From an uncultured Veillonella sp. (GTDB taxonomy: Bacteria; Bacillota; Negativicutes; Veillonellales; Veillonellaceae), in the NCBI RefSeq assembly GCF_963524655.1, contig NZ_CAURHA010000002.1, forward strand, positions 19,839 through 83,838: a stretch of 64,000 nucleotides of DNA, given 5' to 3'. Every line of letters starts with the position of its first letter. The stretch's first letter is position 1. A program made the translations under genes and the position numbers. The notes beneath the pieces are model-generated. The model had not been told where the DNA came from. It worked only from the letters and a program-made list of their open reading frames with translations, and made no database searches. Of the stretch, positions 18,463-27,808 are shown in pieces.

Positions 18463-19490
18463 TATATGCCCTTTCTATTTTGTTCTTTTACCATAGTTTC
18501 CATTATATGTTTCATATGAGATAGCATACCGATAATTCGGCCGTATTCCATTCGCGTTGGTCCTAGAATAGCAAGAGTTCCTATAGGCTGATCTTGATTA
18601 GTAAAATCAGCTTGTACCACACTCATCGATTGTAGTGCTTCTGTTTCATTCTCTATACCAATCTTAACCTTAACTGGTGTTGGTGAATCATCTTTTAATA
18701 ACTGTCCCAATTGATTTTGTTCTTCCACTAATGAAAGCAAGGGTTGTACCTTTTCAACAGACTTAAACTCTGGTTGATTTAACAACTCTGTGGTACCTAC
18801 CGAATAGAACAACTTACGTTTATTAATAGCTCGTAATAATGTTTCCGAAAGGATTAATAAAATCCCCTGCGGACCTTCCATATGAATCAATAAGTTTCCA
18901 AGTGCTTCAGCCGTTACATGACCAATACTTACATTCTGTAATGCATTGCTAAATTGCATAGCTAGACTTTGTAAAAGTTCTGGTGAAATACTTTCACCAA
19001 AGTACATCAGCTCATTATCAAGTGCACCTGTTTCGGTGATAACTACCATAATGGCTTGATGACTATCTAGCGGTAATACATGAATGTATTTAATTAATGC
19101 TCTATCATGGGCTGGTGCCAAGAATAAACTCATGCTATGGCTCACTTGTGAAAGTAGTTTAGCCATATTTAAGAAGAGCTCACTCGTCGATCCATTGGAA
19201 TGTTTCCATAACATTTCAATTTTTTCAGCATCCTGTAATGGAACAGGTTGTTGACTCAACATGGAATCAACATATAAGCGATAGCCCTTAGCTGAAGGAA
19301 TACGTCCAGCCGATGTATGAGGTTGCTCTAAATAGCCTAATTCCTCTAAATCGGACATTTCGTTCCGTACTGTAGCAGGACTAATACCAAGATCATAATT
19401 CTTAGCAATCGTTCGAGACCCTACAGGTTCTGCGGATTTAACGTAGTCTTCAATTATGGCTCGCAAGATGCGCTGTTTTCTTTCATCCAT
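18462..19490 (-). CDS. hrcA: Heat-inducible transcription repressor HrcA
   Basis: EPVGSR, SPATVRNEM, HTSAGRIPS and GPTRMEY motifs; start MDERKQ after the GAGGTG SD. Confidence 0.97.
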   Translation of the reverse strand: MDERKQRILRAIIEDYVKSAEPVGSRTIAKNYDLGISPATVRNEMSDLEELGYLEQPHTSAGRIPSAKGYRLYVDSMLSQQPVPLQDAEKIEMLWKHSNGSTSELFLNMAKLLSQVSHSMSLFLAPAHDRALIKYIHVLPLDSHQAIMVVITETGALDNELMYFGESISPELLQSLAMQFSNALQNVSIGHVTAEALGNLLIHMEGPQGILLILSETLLRAINKRKLFYSVGTTELLNQPEFKSVEKVQPLLSLVEEQNQLGQLLKDDSPTPVKVKIGIENETEALQSMSVVQADFTNQDQPIGTLAILGPTRMEYGRIIGMLSHMKHIMETMVKEQNRKGI

Positions 19491-19504
19491 AATGACACCT
19501 CTTG

Positions 19505-19531
19505 TTAGCACTCATAAACTTTGAGTGCTAA
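19505..19531. promoter_or_regulatory. CIRCE element (HrcA operator)
   Basis: TTAGCACTC-ATAAACTTT-GAGTGCTAA, an exact match to the TTAGCACTC-N9-GAGTGCTAA consensus. Confidence 0.97.
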
Positions 19532-19542
19532 TCGCATGTATA

Positions 19543-19570
19543 ATATTATCACATTGGTAAAAATTGTCAA
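19543..19570 (-). promoter_or_regulatory. Putative sigma-A promoter of the hrcA operon
   Basis: TTGACA-16 bp-TAATAT with TG extension, just upstream of CIRCE. Confidence 0.65.
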
Positions 19571-19861
19571 GCGAAAAAAATACCGAAAAAGTCAAATAAT
19601 ATCTGTTTAGTCAAAAAGACAATTATATATTTTCAAGTAATTAGTCAAAAAATCAAAGTATAGCAATAAGAAAACACTTATACTATCTCACTTTATGTCA
19701 TCTTCTAAATTTATTAATTAAATTGATTTAATCTAATTAATAAATTTGGTAAACCTATAAAATAGTATAAGTGTTTTAATGTATTGGATTAAATTGTTAT
19801 CGTTACGGAAAAATTTGGGACTATTCGATTATGATGTTTTATTACTATTACAACTAAATAA

Positions 19862-20464
19862 TTATAGCTCTATACCTTCCAGTGGATTCCCTAATCTAGC
19901 TAATAATTTACCCATACGCTCACGAGGTTCACCGTGTTCAGCGTACCAATCAACTAAAATATCGACAGCTTTTTTAGCTTGTTCTACTGTTAGATTTCTA
20001 GCTAATATAGTCCCTGCTTCAGGCTTAATTCCTGTATTACCACCAACTGCAAGCATATAACCTTTAGAGGTTCCAATAAAGGCAATATCTTTTACCATTG
20101 CATCTGGGCAATTACGACCACATCCACTGATGCCAATTTTGCACTTGTGTGATGTTTTTCGTCCGTAATGTTTTCTCTCTACATAATCAGCCAATTCTTT
20201 AGTTTCCATTTGGCCATTTTTACAATAGCCTTTACCTACGCAGGCAATTAAAGAATTTACACCTCTATGAACAACTGTAGTCACGCCTTCTGGTAATTCA
20301 GAGATAAGTTTTTCCTTATCGTCTTTTTCAATACCGGTAATTTGTAAACCAGTTACTACATGGCGGAAAGATCCACCATATTTTTCAGCTAATTCTATGC
20401 ATGCCTTCATTTGATCTAAAGTAAATTCATTATGTAAACCGTGTATTATGACAGATGTCTTCAT
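19862..20464 (-). CDS. Small stand-alone nitrite/sulfite reductase 4Fe-4S(-siroheme) domain protein
   Basis: ACVGKGYCKNG and KIGISGCGRNC Cys motifs of NIR_SIR; C-terminal RERMG; GAGGAGG SD. Confidence 0.8.
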   Translation of the reverse strand: MKTSVIIHGLHNEFTLDQMKACIELAEKYGGSFRHVVTGLQITGIEKDDKEKLISELPEGVTTVVHRGVNSLIACVGKGYCKNGQMETKELADYVERKHYGRKTSHKCKIGISGCGRNCPDAMVKDIAFIGTSKGYMLAVGGNTGIKPEAGTILARNLTVEQAKKAVDILVDWYAEHGEPRERMGKLLARLGNPLEGIEL

Positions 20465-20545
20465 CGTTCCTCCTCAAATCTAGCATGCTTATTCATCATC
20501 ATCCTATTTATACTAACATATTAGATTTTGAGAAACTGTGAGAAA

Positions 20546-21730
20546 TTACTCTCGAATAAATTGACTAAATACATAGTTACCATGCTTAGCCCCTTCAAAA
20601 CTTAAATGATAACTACCATTTTGATACTCTAATAAGCCTTTAGTAACTAAATCTTCTAATATATTGCCAAATAAATTATGAACAGATACGCCAAATCTAT
20701 CCTCAAATTTTTGCTCATCAAGGCCCCACTTAGTGCGAAGCGCTAAGAAGCAAAAGTCCTCTTGCGCGCGCTCTACAGTAATAGTCTCTGTATCGATAGT
20801 AGGCATAGTATATCGATCAACCGCTTGTATATAAGGCATCACATTTCGGTTGTTGCTACGGCGAATACCATCATAGAAGGAATGAGCACCAGCACCAAAT
20901 CCTAAGTAGTCTACATAGTGCCAATATTTTAAATTATGACAGCTATAAGAACTATCTTTAGCAAAATTAGAAATTTCGTATCGTTCAAAACCTTGATTTT
21001 TCAATCCTTCCATCATTGTATCATACATCGCTTCATCAATGCTTTCACTAGGAATAGAAATAAGATTCTTTTGAACTAAATGATATAAATATGTTCCTAC
21101 CTCTACTTGTAAGCCATACGTAGAAATATGATTAATTGGTAAATCTTTAAGGATATGTAAATTATGTTGAATATCTTCTAATGTTTGTCGTGGCAAACCA
21201 TAAATCAAATCTATATTGATATCTGTAAAGCCTGCCTCTTTAGCTTCATAAACAGCTTGTTTAGCCTTTTCCCCATTATGACTGCGATGCAGCATGGTAA
21301 GCGCCTTATCATCAAAGGTTTGAACACCAAAACTAATGCGATTAAAACCTAGTTTAACTAACTGAGTTAGATACTGTAGATCTATTTCACCAGGATTAGA
21401 CTCTATAGTCATATGACAATCGTCAGTAATAGTAAAAGTACTTTTGATTTTATCTACAATCATCTGTAACTGTTGAATTGATAATTCAGTAGGTGTACCA
21501 CCACCAAAATAAATAGTATCAATAGGTTTAGATTTAGACTCTGGGTGTTCCGAAACCCACAAATCCATTTCTTGTACTAATGCATATACATAAGTTTCGT
21601 AATAATCTTGTAAATTTTGATAGGCTGGAAAATCACAATACATACATTTCTGTTTACAAAAAGGGATATGGACATACAAGCCCATATCCCCAAGTGTAGA
21701 CAGATTCAGGATATTAGAATCTGTTTTCAT
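20546..21730 (-). CDS. hemW: Radical SAM heme chaperone HemW (HemN-like)
   Basis: LYVHIPFCKQKCMYCDF, YFGGGTP and YEISNF..HN..YW motifs; follows lepA; start MKTDS after the GAGGA SD. Confidence 0.9.
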   Translation of the reverse strand: MKTDSNILNLSTLGDMGLYVHIPFCKQKCMYCDFPAYQNLQDYYETYVYALVQEMDLWVSEHPESKSKPIDTIYFGGGTPTELSIQQLQMIVDKIKSTFTITDDCHMTIESNPGEIDLQYLTQLVKLGFNRISFGVQTFDDKALTMLHRSHNGEKAKQAVYEAKEAGFTDINIDLIYGLPRQTLEDIQHNLHILKDLPINHISTYGLQVEVGTYLYHLVQKNLISIPSESIDEAMYDTMMEGLKNQGFERYEISNFAKDSSYSCHNLKYWHYVDYLGFGAGAHSFYDGIRRSNNRNVMPYIQAVDRYTMPTIDTETITVERAQEDFCFLALRTKWGLDEQKFEDRFGVSVHNLFGNILEDLVTKGLLEYQNGSYHLSFEGAKHGNYVFSQFIRE

Positions 21731-21734
21731 TATA

Positions 21735-23534
21735 TTAGTCCTCAACCTTGAGAATAGCCATAAATGCTTCTTGTGGAATCTCTACAGAGCCCACAGACTT
21801 CATACGTTTCTTACCAGCTTTTTGTTTTTCTAAGAGTTTACGTTTACGAGAAATATCACCGCCGTAACACTTCGCCAAAACGTCTTTACGCCACGCTTTT
21901 ACAGTCTCACGAGCCACAATTTTTGTACCTACTGCTGCTTGAATAGGAATTTCAAACATTTGACGAGGAATGAGTTCTTTTAATTTTTCTGCTAATGCAC
22001 GACCACGTGTTGCAGCACGATCCTTATGTACGATAATGGATAACGCATCTACTGGATCACCATTTAACAGAATATCCATCTTAACCATTGGAGACTGTTT
22101 ATAGCCAATCAATTCATAGTCAAGAGAAGCATAACCCTTGGTAGCAGATTTCAATTTATCAAAGTAGTCGTAAATAATTTCACTCAATGGCAAGTGATAT
22201 ACAACAGATACACGTGTTTCATCCAAATATTCCATAGATTGATATTCACCACGTTTATCTTGAGATAACTCCATAATAGTACCAACAAAGTCTTTAGGTA
22301 CAATAGTAGTAGCTTTTACATAAGGTTCTTCAATGTAGTCGATTTCTGTAGGAGGTGGCAATTTAGCAGGATTATCTACTTCTAGCATTTCTCCATTTGT
22401 TTTATATACCTTGTAGTTTACAGATGGAGCGGTCGTAATGAGCGTTAAATTATATTCTCGCTCTAACCGTTCTTGAATAACGTCCATATGTAAAAGTCCA
22501 AGGAAGCCACAACGGAAACCAAAACCCAATGCCAAGGATGTTTCGGCTTCATATTCTAAGGCAGCATCATTAAGCTGTAATTTTTCTAATGCATCACGAA
22601 GATTTTCGTAATCTTTAGACTCTGTCGGATAGAGACCACAGTATACCATAGATACAGCTTTGCGATAACCTGGCAATGGTTCTGTTGCAGGATTGTTTGC
22701 CAATGTTACCGTATCACCTACATGACAGTCTGCTACATTCTTAATACTTGCCGCAATACAACCTACAGAACCACATGGTAATTCCTGAACAGGCACAAGA
22801 TTTGGTGTAAAGATACCGAGCTCAGTTACATCAAAATCCTTATTATCATGCATCATGCGAATGGTATCTTTTGCCTTGATAGTGCCTTCTTTTACGCGTA
22901 CATACGCAATAGCACCTTTATAGGAATCAAAGCGGCTATCAAAAATCAAAGCTCTCGTAGGTTGATCGGATTTATCTGGTGGCGCAGGCACCTTATTTAC
23001 AATAGCTTCTAAAATATCAGGGATACCGATACCAGATTTAGCAGAACATAATACAGCATCAGATGCGTCTAAACCAATGATATCTTCAATTTCATGTTTT
23101 ACTCGATCAGGATCTGCAGAAGGCAAGTCAATTTTGTTGATAACAGGAATAATTTCAAGATCATGTTCTAAAGCGAGATACACATTTGCCAACGTTTGAG
23201 CCTCTACACCTTGTGCAGCATCTACTACTAGTAATGCACCTTCACAAGCTGCAAGAGAACGAGAAACTTCATAGCTGAAATCCACATGACCCGGAGTATC
23301 GATGAGATTCAAAGTATACTCTTCTCCATCTTGTGCTTTATACAAAATTCGAACAGATTGCGCTTTAATAGTAATACCACGTTCTCGTTCTAAATCCATG
23401 GAGTCCAAAACTTGAGCCTCCATTTCACGCTTTTGTAATGTGCCAGTATATTCAATTAATCTATCGGCTATGGTAGATTTACCATGGTCAATATGAGCTA
23501 TAATACAGAAGTTTCGAATCTTTTTCGTTGACAT
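21735..23534 (-). CDS. lepA: Translation elongation factor 4
   Basis: [30 protein letters not shown] and [18 protein letters not shown] motifs. Confidence 0.99.
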   Translation of the reverse strand: MSTKKIRNFCIIAHIDHGKSTIADRLIEYTGTLQKREMEAQVLDSMDLERERGITIKAQSVRILYKAQDGEEYTLNLIDTPGHVDFSYEVSRSLAACEGALLVVDAAQGVEAQTLANVYLALEHDLEIIPVINKIDLPSADPDRVKHEIEDIIGLDASDAVLCSAKSGIGIPDILEAIVNKVPAPPDKSDQPTRALIFDSRFDSYKGAIAYVRVKEGTIKAKDTIRMMHDNKDFDVTELGIFTPNLVPVQELPCGSVGCIAASIKNVADCHVGDTVTLANNPATEPLPGYRKAVSMVYCGLYPTESKDYENLRDALEKLQLNDAALEYEAETSLALGFGFRCGFLGLLHMDVIQERLEREYNLTLITTAPSVNYKVYKTNGEMLEVDNPAKLPPPTEIDYIEEPYVKATTIVPKDFVGTIMELSQDKRGEYQSMEYLDETRVSVVYHLPLSEIIYDYFDKLKSATKGYASLDYELIGYKQSPMVKMDILLNGDPVDALSIIVHKDRAATRGRALAEKLKELIPRQMFEIPIQAAVGTKIVARETVKAWRKDVLAKCYGGDISRKRKLLEKQKAGKKRMKSVGSVEIPQEAFMAILKVED

Positions 23535-23572
23535 ACTATGTAAACAAGTTCAAGGAACTTGTATTCTCCTTT

Positions 23573-24634
23573 CTAACATACGCGATCGATAACAGCACCT
23601 CCTAATAGTTGAGTGCCATTATAAAAGGCTACGGACTGACCTGGGGTTATAGCCCGTTGTGGTTCTTCGAAGATAACTTCCATCGTATCATCATCTAAGA
23701 TACGTGCAGTACAAGGTGAAGGATTTGCTGCATAGCGAATTTTACCTTCTGCTTTTAATTCTTTATGAATTGTATCATCCAGGAAATTATAGAACTTACA
23801 AATCATACGATTTGTAAAGAGTCGTTCATTAGGACCTACGATAACCTCGTTGCGATCACCGTTAAAGCCAATAACGTATAATGGGTGCTTATATGCAATA
23901 CCAAGACCTTTACGTTGACCAATAGTGTAATTAAATAAGCCATTATGCTTACCTAATACCTCACCATCTTCAGTAACAATATTACCAGTTTTTGGTTTTG
24001 CCTTCATTTCTTCTACTACCAGCTTTTGATAGTTACCATGAGGCAAAAAACAAATATCTACGCTATCTGGTTTCTTCGCTACTGGTAAATCATATTCAGC
24101 AGCTAGTTTACGTGTTTCAGTCTTACATTGTCCACCTAGTGGGAACATGAGGTGACTCAAAATGCGTTGGTTCATATTGTACATGACATAGCTTTGGTCT
24201 TTGGTAGGATCAACGCCTTTATGTAATTCATATAAACCTGTTTCTTCATTGAAATTAACTTGTGCATAATGACCTGTAACCATATGAGTGGCTCCAAGTT
24301 CAAGAGCACGGTTGAGCATCAAATCAAATTTGATATTTTTATTACAGAATACACAAGGATTTGGTGTACGACCATAGGCATATTCTTTTACAAAGTAATC
24401 TACTACATTCTCGTAGAATACATCGCGAGCATCAATAACATGATGCTCAATACCAAGAAAATCACACATCTTCTTAGCATCTGTTACAGCGAGAGGTACT
24501 GAATCATAAGGTGTACCACTCACCCACAACCATAGGGTAATACCAAATACTTTATAGCCTTGTTTTAGTAGCATTGCAGCAGTTAAAGAACTATCTACGC
24601 CGCCACTCATAGCTACAGCGATAACTTTTTCCAT
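23573..24634 (-). CDS. mnmA: tRNA 2-thiouridine(34) synthase
   Basis: AMSGGVDSS, TPNPCVFCN, TGHYA, KDQSY, ICF, YTIGQRKG and AITPGQS motifs; start MEKVIA after the AAGGAG SD. Confidence 0.96.
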   Translation of the reverse strand: MEKVIAVAMSGGVDSSLTAAMLLKQGYKVFGITLWLWVSGTPYDSVPLAVTDAKKMCDFLGIEHHVIDARDVFYENVVDYFVKEYAYGRTPNPCVFCNKNIKFDLMLNRALELGATHMVTGHYAQVNFNEETGLYELHKGVDPTKDQSYVMYNMNQRILSHLMFPLGGQCKTETRKLAAEYDLPVAKKPDSVDICFLPHGNYQKLVVEEMKAKPKTGNIVTEDGEVLGKHNGLFNYTIGQRKGLGIAYKHPLYVIGFNGDRNEVIVGPNERLFTNRMICKFYNFLDDTIHKELKAEGKIRYAANPSPCTARILDDDTMEVIFEEPQRAITPGQSVAFYNGTQLLGGAVIDRVC

Positions 24635-24643
24635 ACTTTCTCC

Positions 24644-24749
24644 TTTTAATGATCTCTTGATCATAAAACTAATCAGGGTGAAAGCCTGACGTGTAAAACA
24701 CTAGTTCGGTGTAAAAGTCCGAGTAGTATTGCTATGAAATTATAGCAAC
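24644..24749 (-). promoter_or_regulatory. Structured 5' leader of mnmA (4-5 hairpins, two resembling tRNA anticodon stem-loops)
   Basis: Hairpins TTGCTAT/ATAGCAA, TCGGA-CTTTTAC-ACCGA, TCAGG-CTTTCAC-CCTGA and TTTTATGATC-AAGA-GATCATTAAAA between the promoter and the SD. Confidence 0.55.
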
Positions 24750-24753
24750 TTAT

Positions 24754-24782
24754 ATTATAGCCTAGAATTAGGTACATTGAAA
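24754..24782 (-). promoter_or_regulatory. Putative mnmA promoter
   Basis: Perfect TATAAT (24754-24759) with a weak -35 TTTCAA at 17 bp, just downstream of a terminator. Confidence 0.55.
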
Positions 24783-24793
24783 AGATTTGAAAT

Positions 24794-24828
24794 AAAAAGA
24801 ATCCCTTTCATCAAAAGAAAGAGATTCT
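24794..24828 (-). terminator. Terminator after the ynbB-like gene
   Basis: AGAATCTCTTTC...GAAAGGGATTCT followed by TTTT. Confidence 0.75.
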
Positions 24829-24833
24829 AATTA

Positions 24834-26072
24834 TTATCTATGTTTTAGTAATTCTTCTGCAGCACCTAAAATACCTAGCATGGAATGTTCAAATACAAGT
24901 CCACCTTGCATGAAAATTGTATACGGAGGACGAACAGGACCATCTGCACTTAATTCAATAGAAGAGCCTTGTACAAAGGTACCACCAGCCATGATGATTT
25001 TATCTTCGTACCCAGGCATATCACCAGGAATAGGATGTACGTGAGCATCTACAGGAGAATATGCTTGCATACCTACACAGAAGTGCTCCATTTCTTCTCC
25101 ATTTTTTAGATTAATAGCTTGAATTAAATCATAGCGATCAGCATTTACCTTAGGGAATACATCATACCCTAACAATTCACCTACTGCAGCTGTATATACA
25201 GCCCCTTTAAGAGCTTGTAATACTACGTGAGGAGCCATAAACAAGCCTTGGAAGAATAAACGGTAACCAGGCGCATATGAGCCCATATGATCACCAAGTC
25301 CTGGAGCAGTGAGTTGGTACGCTGCATCTTCTACTAAGTCTTCACGACCTACGATATAGCCACCTGTTGGTGCTAAGCCGCCCCCTGCATTCTTAATGAG
25401 TGAACCAGCCATAATATCTGCACCAGCTTCTAAAGGTTCTTGCAGTTCTGTAAACTCACCATAACAATTATCTACAAAACAAATCGTATTCGAGTTTTTA
25501 GCTTTTACAGCATCTACAATAATCTTAATATCTGCAATAGATAATGGTTCACGCGTACTATAACCACGAGAGCGTTGAATCACTACTACTCGCGTATTGT
25601 CATTAACAGCATTAGCAATGGCTTCTACATCATAGGTATTGTCCTTTAACGGTACCTCAGTATAGGTAAACCCCTTTTCTATTAGAGAGCCACGCACCTC
25701 ACGAGATGCACCGATAACAGACTGCATCGTGTCGTATGGAGCCCCTACTGCATAGATAAACTCAGTCCCTTTTGAACCATTCCCCATTAAAGAAATCAAC
25801 GTTGTTGCTAGTGCATGAGTACCAGATACAAAATGGGGACGAACGATGGCTTTTTCACCTTTAAATACATAAGCGAATACTTCGTCTAACTTCTCACGGC
25901 CCACATCGTTATAACCATAACCAGTAGTACCTGTAAAATGATAGTCAGATACTTGGCACTCTTTAAAGGCTTCTAATACCTTTTTTGTATTGGCTAATGC
26001 AATAGGTTCAAACTTTTTAAATTCAGGTTCAGCCATCTCAAGGGCTTTACTACGTATTTCTTCTAATGTCAT
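24834..26072 (-). CDS. Methionine gamma-lyase family / aluminium-resistance (YnbB-like) PLP enzyme
   Basis: TGYGYNDVGR, SGTHA, IQRSRGY, FVDNCYGEF, GSLIKN.GGG and AGTF.QG.SIELSADGP motifs. Confidence 0.9.
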   Translation of the reverse strand: MTLEEIRSKALEMAEPEFKKFEPIALANTKKVLEAFKECQVSDYHFTGTTGYGYNDVGREKLDEVFAYVFKGEKAIVRPHFVSGTHALATTLISLMGNGSKGTEFIYAVGAPYDTMQSVIGASREVRGSLIEKGFTYTEVPLKDNTYDVEAIANAVNDNTRVVVIQRSRGYSTREPLSIADIKIIVDAVKAKNSNTICFVDNCYGEFTELQEPLEAGADIMAGSLIKNAGGGLAPTGGYIVGREDLVEDAAYQLTAPGLGDHMGSYAPGYRLFFQGLFMAPHVVLQALKGAVYTAAVGELLGYDVFPKVNADRYDLIQAINLKNGEEMEHFCVGMQAYSPVDAHVHPIPGDMPGYEDKIIMAGGTFVQGSSIELSADGPVRPPYTIFMQGGLVFEHSMLGILGAAEELLKHR

Positions 26073-26998
26073 GCTAATCCTTCTCTACGAATTAATTCCA
26101 TAGCTTTATTAAATATAAAATCTTTAGATGTATTATTATCAATATGAATCCATTCAATATATGGCATGCGCTTATACCAAGTGATTTGTCGCTTTGCGAA
26201 GTGACGAGTATTTTTCTTGATCAAATCTCTACATTCATCAAGATTAATAGTGCCATTTATATAGTCTACAACCTCTTTATAACCAATCCCCTTAAAGGCT
26301 TGGCAATCAGGATTTACACCGGACTTAACAAGTTGCTCAACCTCTTCAATTAAGCCTGCAGCAAACATCATATCGACGCGTAAATTAATGCGTTCATATA
26401 ACTGATCACGATTTCTCATAAGACCAATAACAGGCCCTTTATAAGATATGCCATCTTTAGTCTGATTACGTAACGAATCTACATCGCCATGATGCAATAT
26501 TTCAATAGCTCGATATAAACGATGCTTATCATTATATTGAATTTCTATATTGTGTTTTGTTCCTAATGTGAAAGCATATTCTCGTAAACCATCAATACCT
26601 TTAGTATTAAATAGCTCATCTAGTTCTAATCGTAAATTTTCATCAGGCTTAACGTCATTAAAGTTATAGTTCTCTAATAACGATTGAACATATAACCCGG
26701 TACCACCAGATAAAATAGGTAGAATATTCCTGTCATTTAATCTACCAATTATCTCTTTAGCTTGATTTTGGAAAATAGACACTGAATATGAATCATTTGG
26801 TTCTAATATATCGATAAGATGATGTTTTACCCGCTTAAGTTCATCCGCTGATGGTTTAGCAGTACCAATATTGAGTTGTTTATATACTTGGTAAGCATCA
26901 CCAGAAATAACCTCAGCATGTAGCTGTTCTGCTAAGTCCAAGGTAAGATCTGTTTTACCTACCGCCGTTGGTCCAACGATGGTAATTAAGGGATTCAC
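26069..26998 (-). CDS. miaA: tRNA dimethylallyltransferase
   Basis: GPTAVGKT, IGTAKP, GGTGLY, GIGYKE and TRHFAKRQITW motifs. Confidence 0.96.
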   Translation of the reverse strand: MNPLITIVGPTAVGKTDLTLDLAEQLHAEVISGDAYQVYKQLNIGTAKPSADELKRVKHHLIDILEPNDSYSVSIFQNQAKEIIGRLNDRNILPILSGGTGLYVQSLLENYNFNDVKPDENLRLELDELFNTKGIDGLREYAFTLGTKHNIEIQYNDKHRLYRAIEILHHGDVDSLRNQTKDGISYKGPVIGLMRNRDQLYERINLRVDMMFAAGLIEEVEQLVKSGVNPDCQAFKGIGYKEVVDYINGTINLDECRDLIKKNTRHFAKRQITWYKRMPYIEWIHIDNNTSKDFIFNKAMELIRREGLA

Positions 26999-27807
26999 AT
27001 TAACTCCTTCATATATACACCATAGCCTATACGACTATATTTTCCGCCCACCCATTGATGGGGTGGATAGTTTTGAAAGACCGAACTAAATGGTCGTTCT
27101 TTAATAATAACACCATACGTGGCAACACGCATAGCCTGTGCCATGATTTTATCATCTATATGACTTTCCACAGTATGTCCTCGAAGAGGTTTGAATTGAG
27201 GACTTTCCTCTACAGGAACTTCAAACATAGGATCAAAATAAATAATATCAATACTATTGTCAGATAGATTTGGTAAATAGTGTTCAAAGGTATCATGATT
27301 TACTTTAATACGTCGCAATGCATTCGTTACACTATCCTCACTATGAATATAATGAGCTAAACCATGACTAGTAGCAAGCCATATAGGTAAAGACCCTTCT
27401 AGGCCAGTTATTTGAGCCTGTGGGTAACCATAACTCACTATAATACTGTCACTACCAAGGCCAATTGTACAATCTAAAAACGTAAATCTAGCTTTATTAG
27501 ATAATCCTTTTTTATCTAATATGACTTGTACCGCATTAACTAGATGATCGCCTTCACCACGTTGTAAACGTAATATACGTAATTGAGCCATAGACAAATG
27601 AAAGGTATGTTGTTGATTTTCTGGAAAATGAATCGTTAATCCAGAACCAGCAAGAACCGCAATATATTCGCATTGATACTTACCGAATAAGGCTAGTATC
27701 GATGTTTTGCCTCGTTTTATATAGGTCATATGCATAGAGGAAGCCAAAACTTTGGCTTCCTCTTGAATGGCCTCATTAGATTTTTGAGCTGTAGTTAAAA
27801 TATTCAT
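26995..27807 (-). CDS. Class I SAM-dependent methyltransferase (RsmJ/YhiQ-like)
   Basis: FLDCTIGLGSD SAM-binding motif and DIIYFDPMF motif. Confidence 0.75.
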   Translation of the reverse strand: MNILTTAQKSNEAIQEEAKVLASSMHMTYIKRGKTSILALFGKYQCEYIAVLAGSGLTIHFPENQQHTFHLSMAQLRILRLQRGEGDHLVNAVQVILDKKGLSNKARFTFLDCTIGLGSDSIIVSYGYPQAQITGLEGSLPIWLATSHGLAHYIHSEDSVTNALRRIKVNHDTFEHYLPNLSDNSIDIIYFDPMFEVPVEESPQFKPLRGHTVESHIDDKIMAQAMRVATYGVIIKERPFSSVFQNYPPHQWVGGKYSRIGYGVYMKELM

Positions 27808-27808
27808 G

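Noticed and set aside
19779..20060. 93-aa + strand ORF
   Set aside because: Mostly antisense to the NIR/SIR-domain gene, begins in AT-rich spacer DNA, no SD or motif
24673..24749. Possible tRNA gene or FMN riboswitch upstream of mnmA
   Set aside because: No acceptor stem or D/T arms for a cloverleaf; the + strand GGGTGAAAG resembles an FMN T-loop but the other FMN conserved blocks are missing and the orientation is antisense to mnmA
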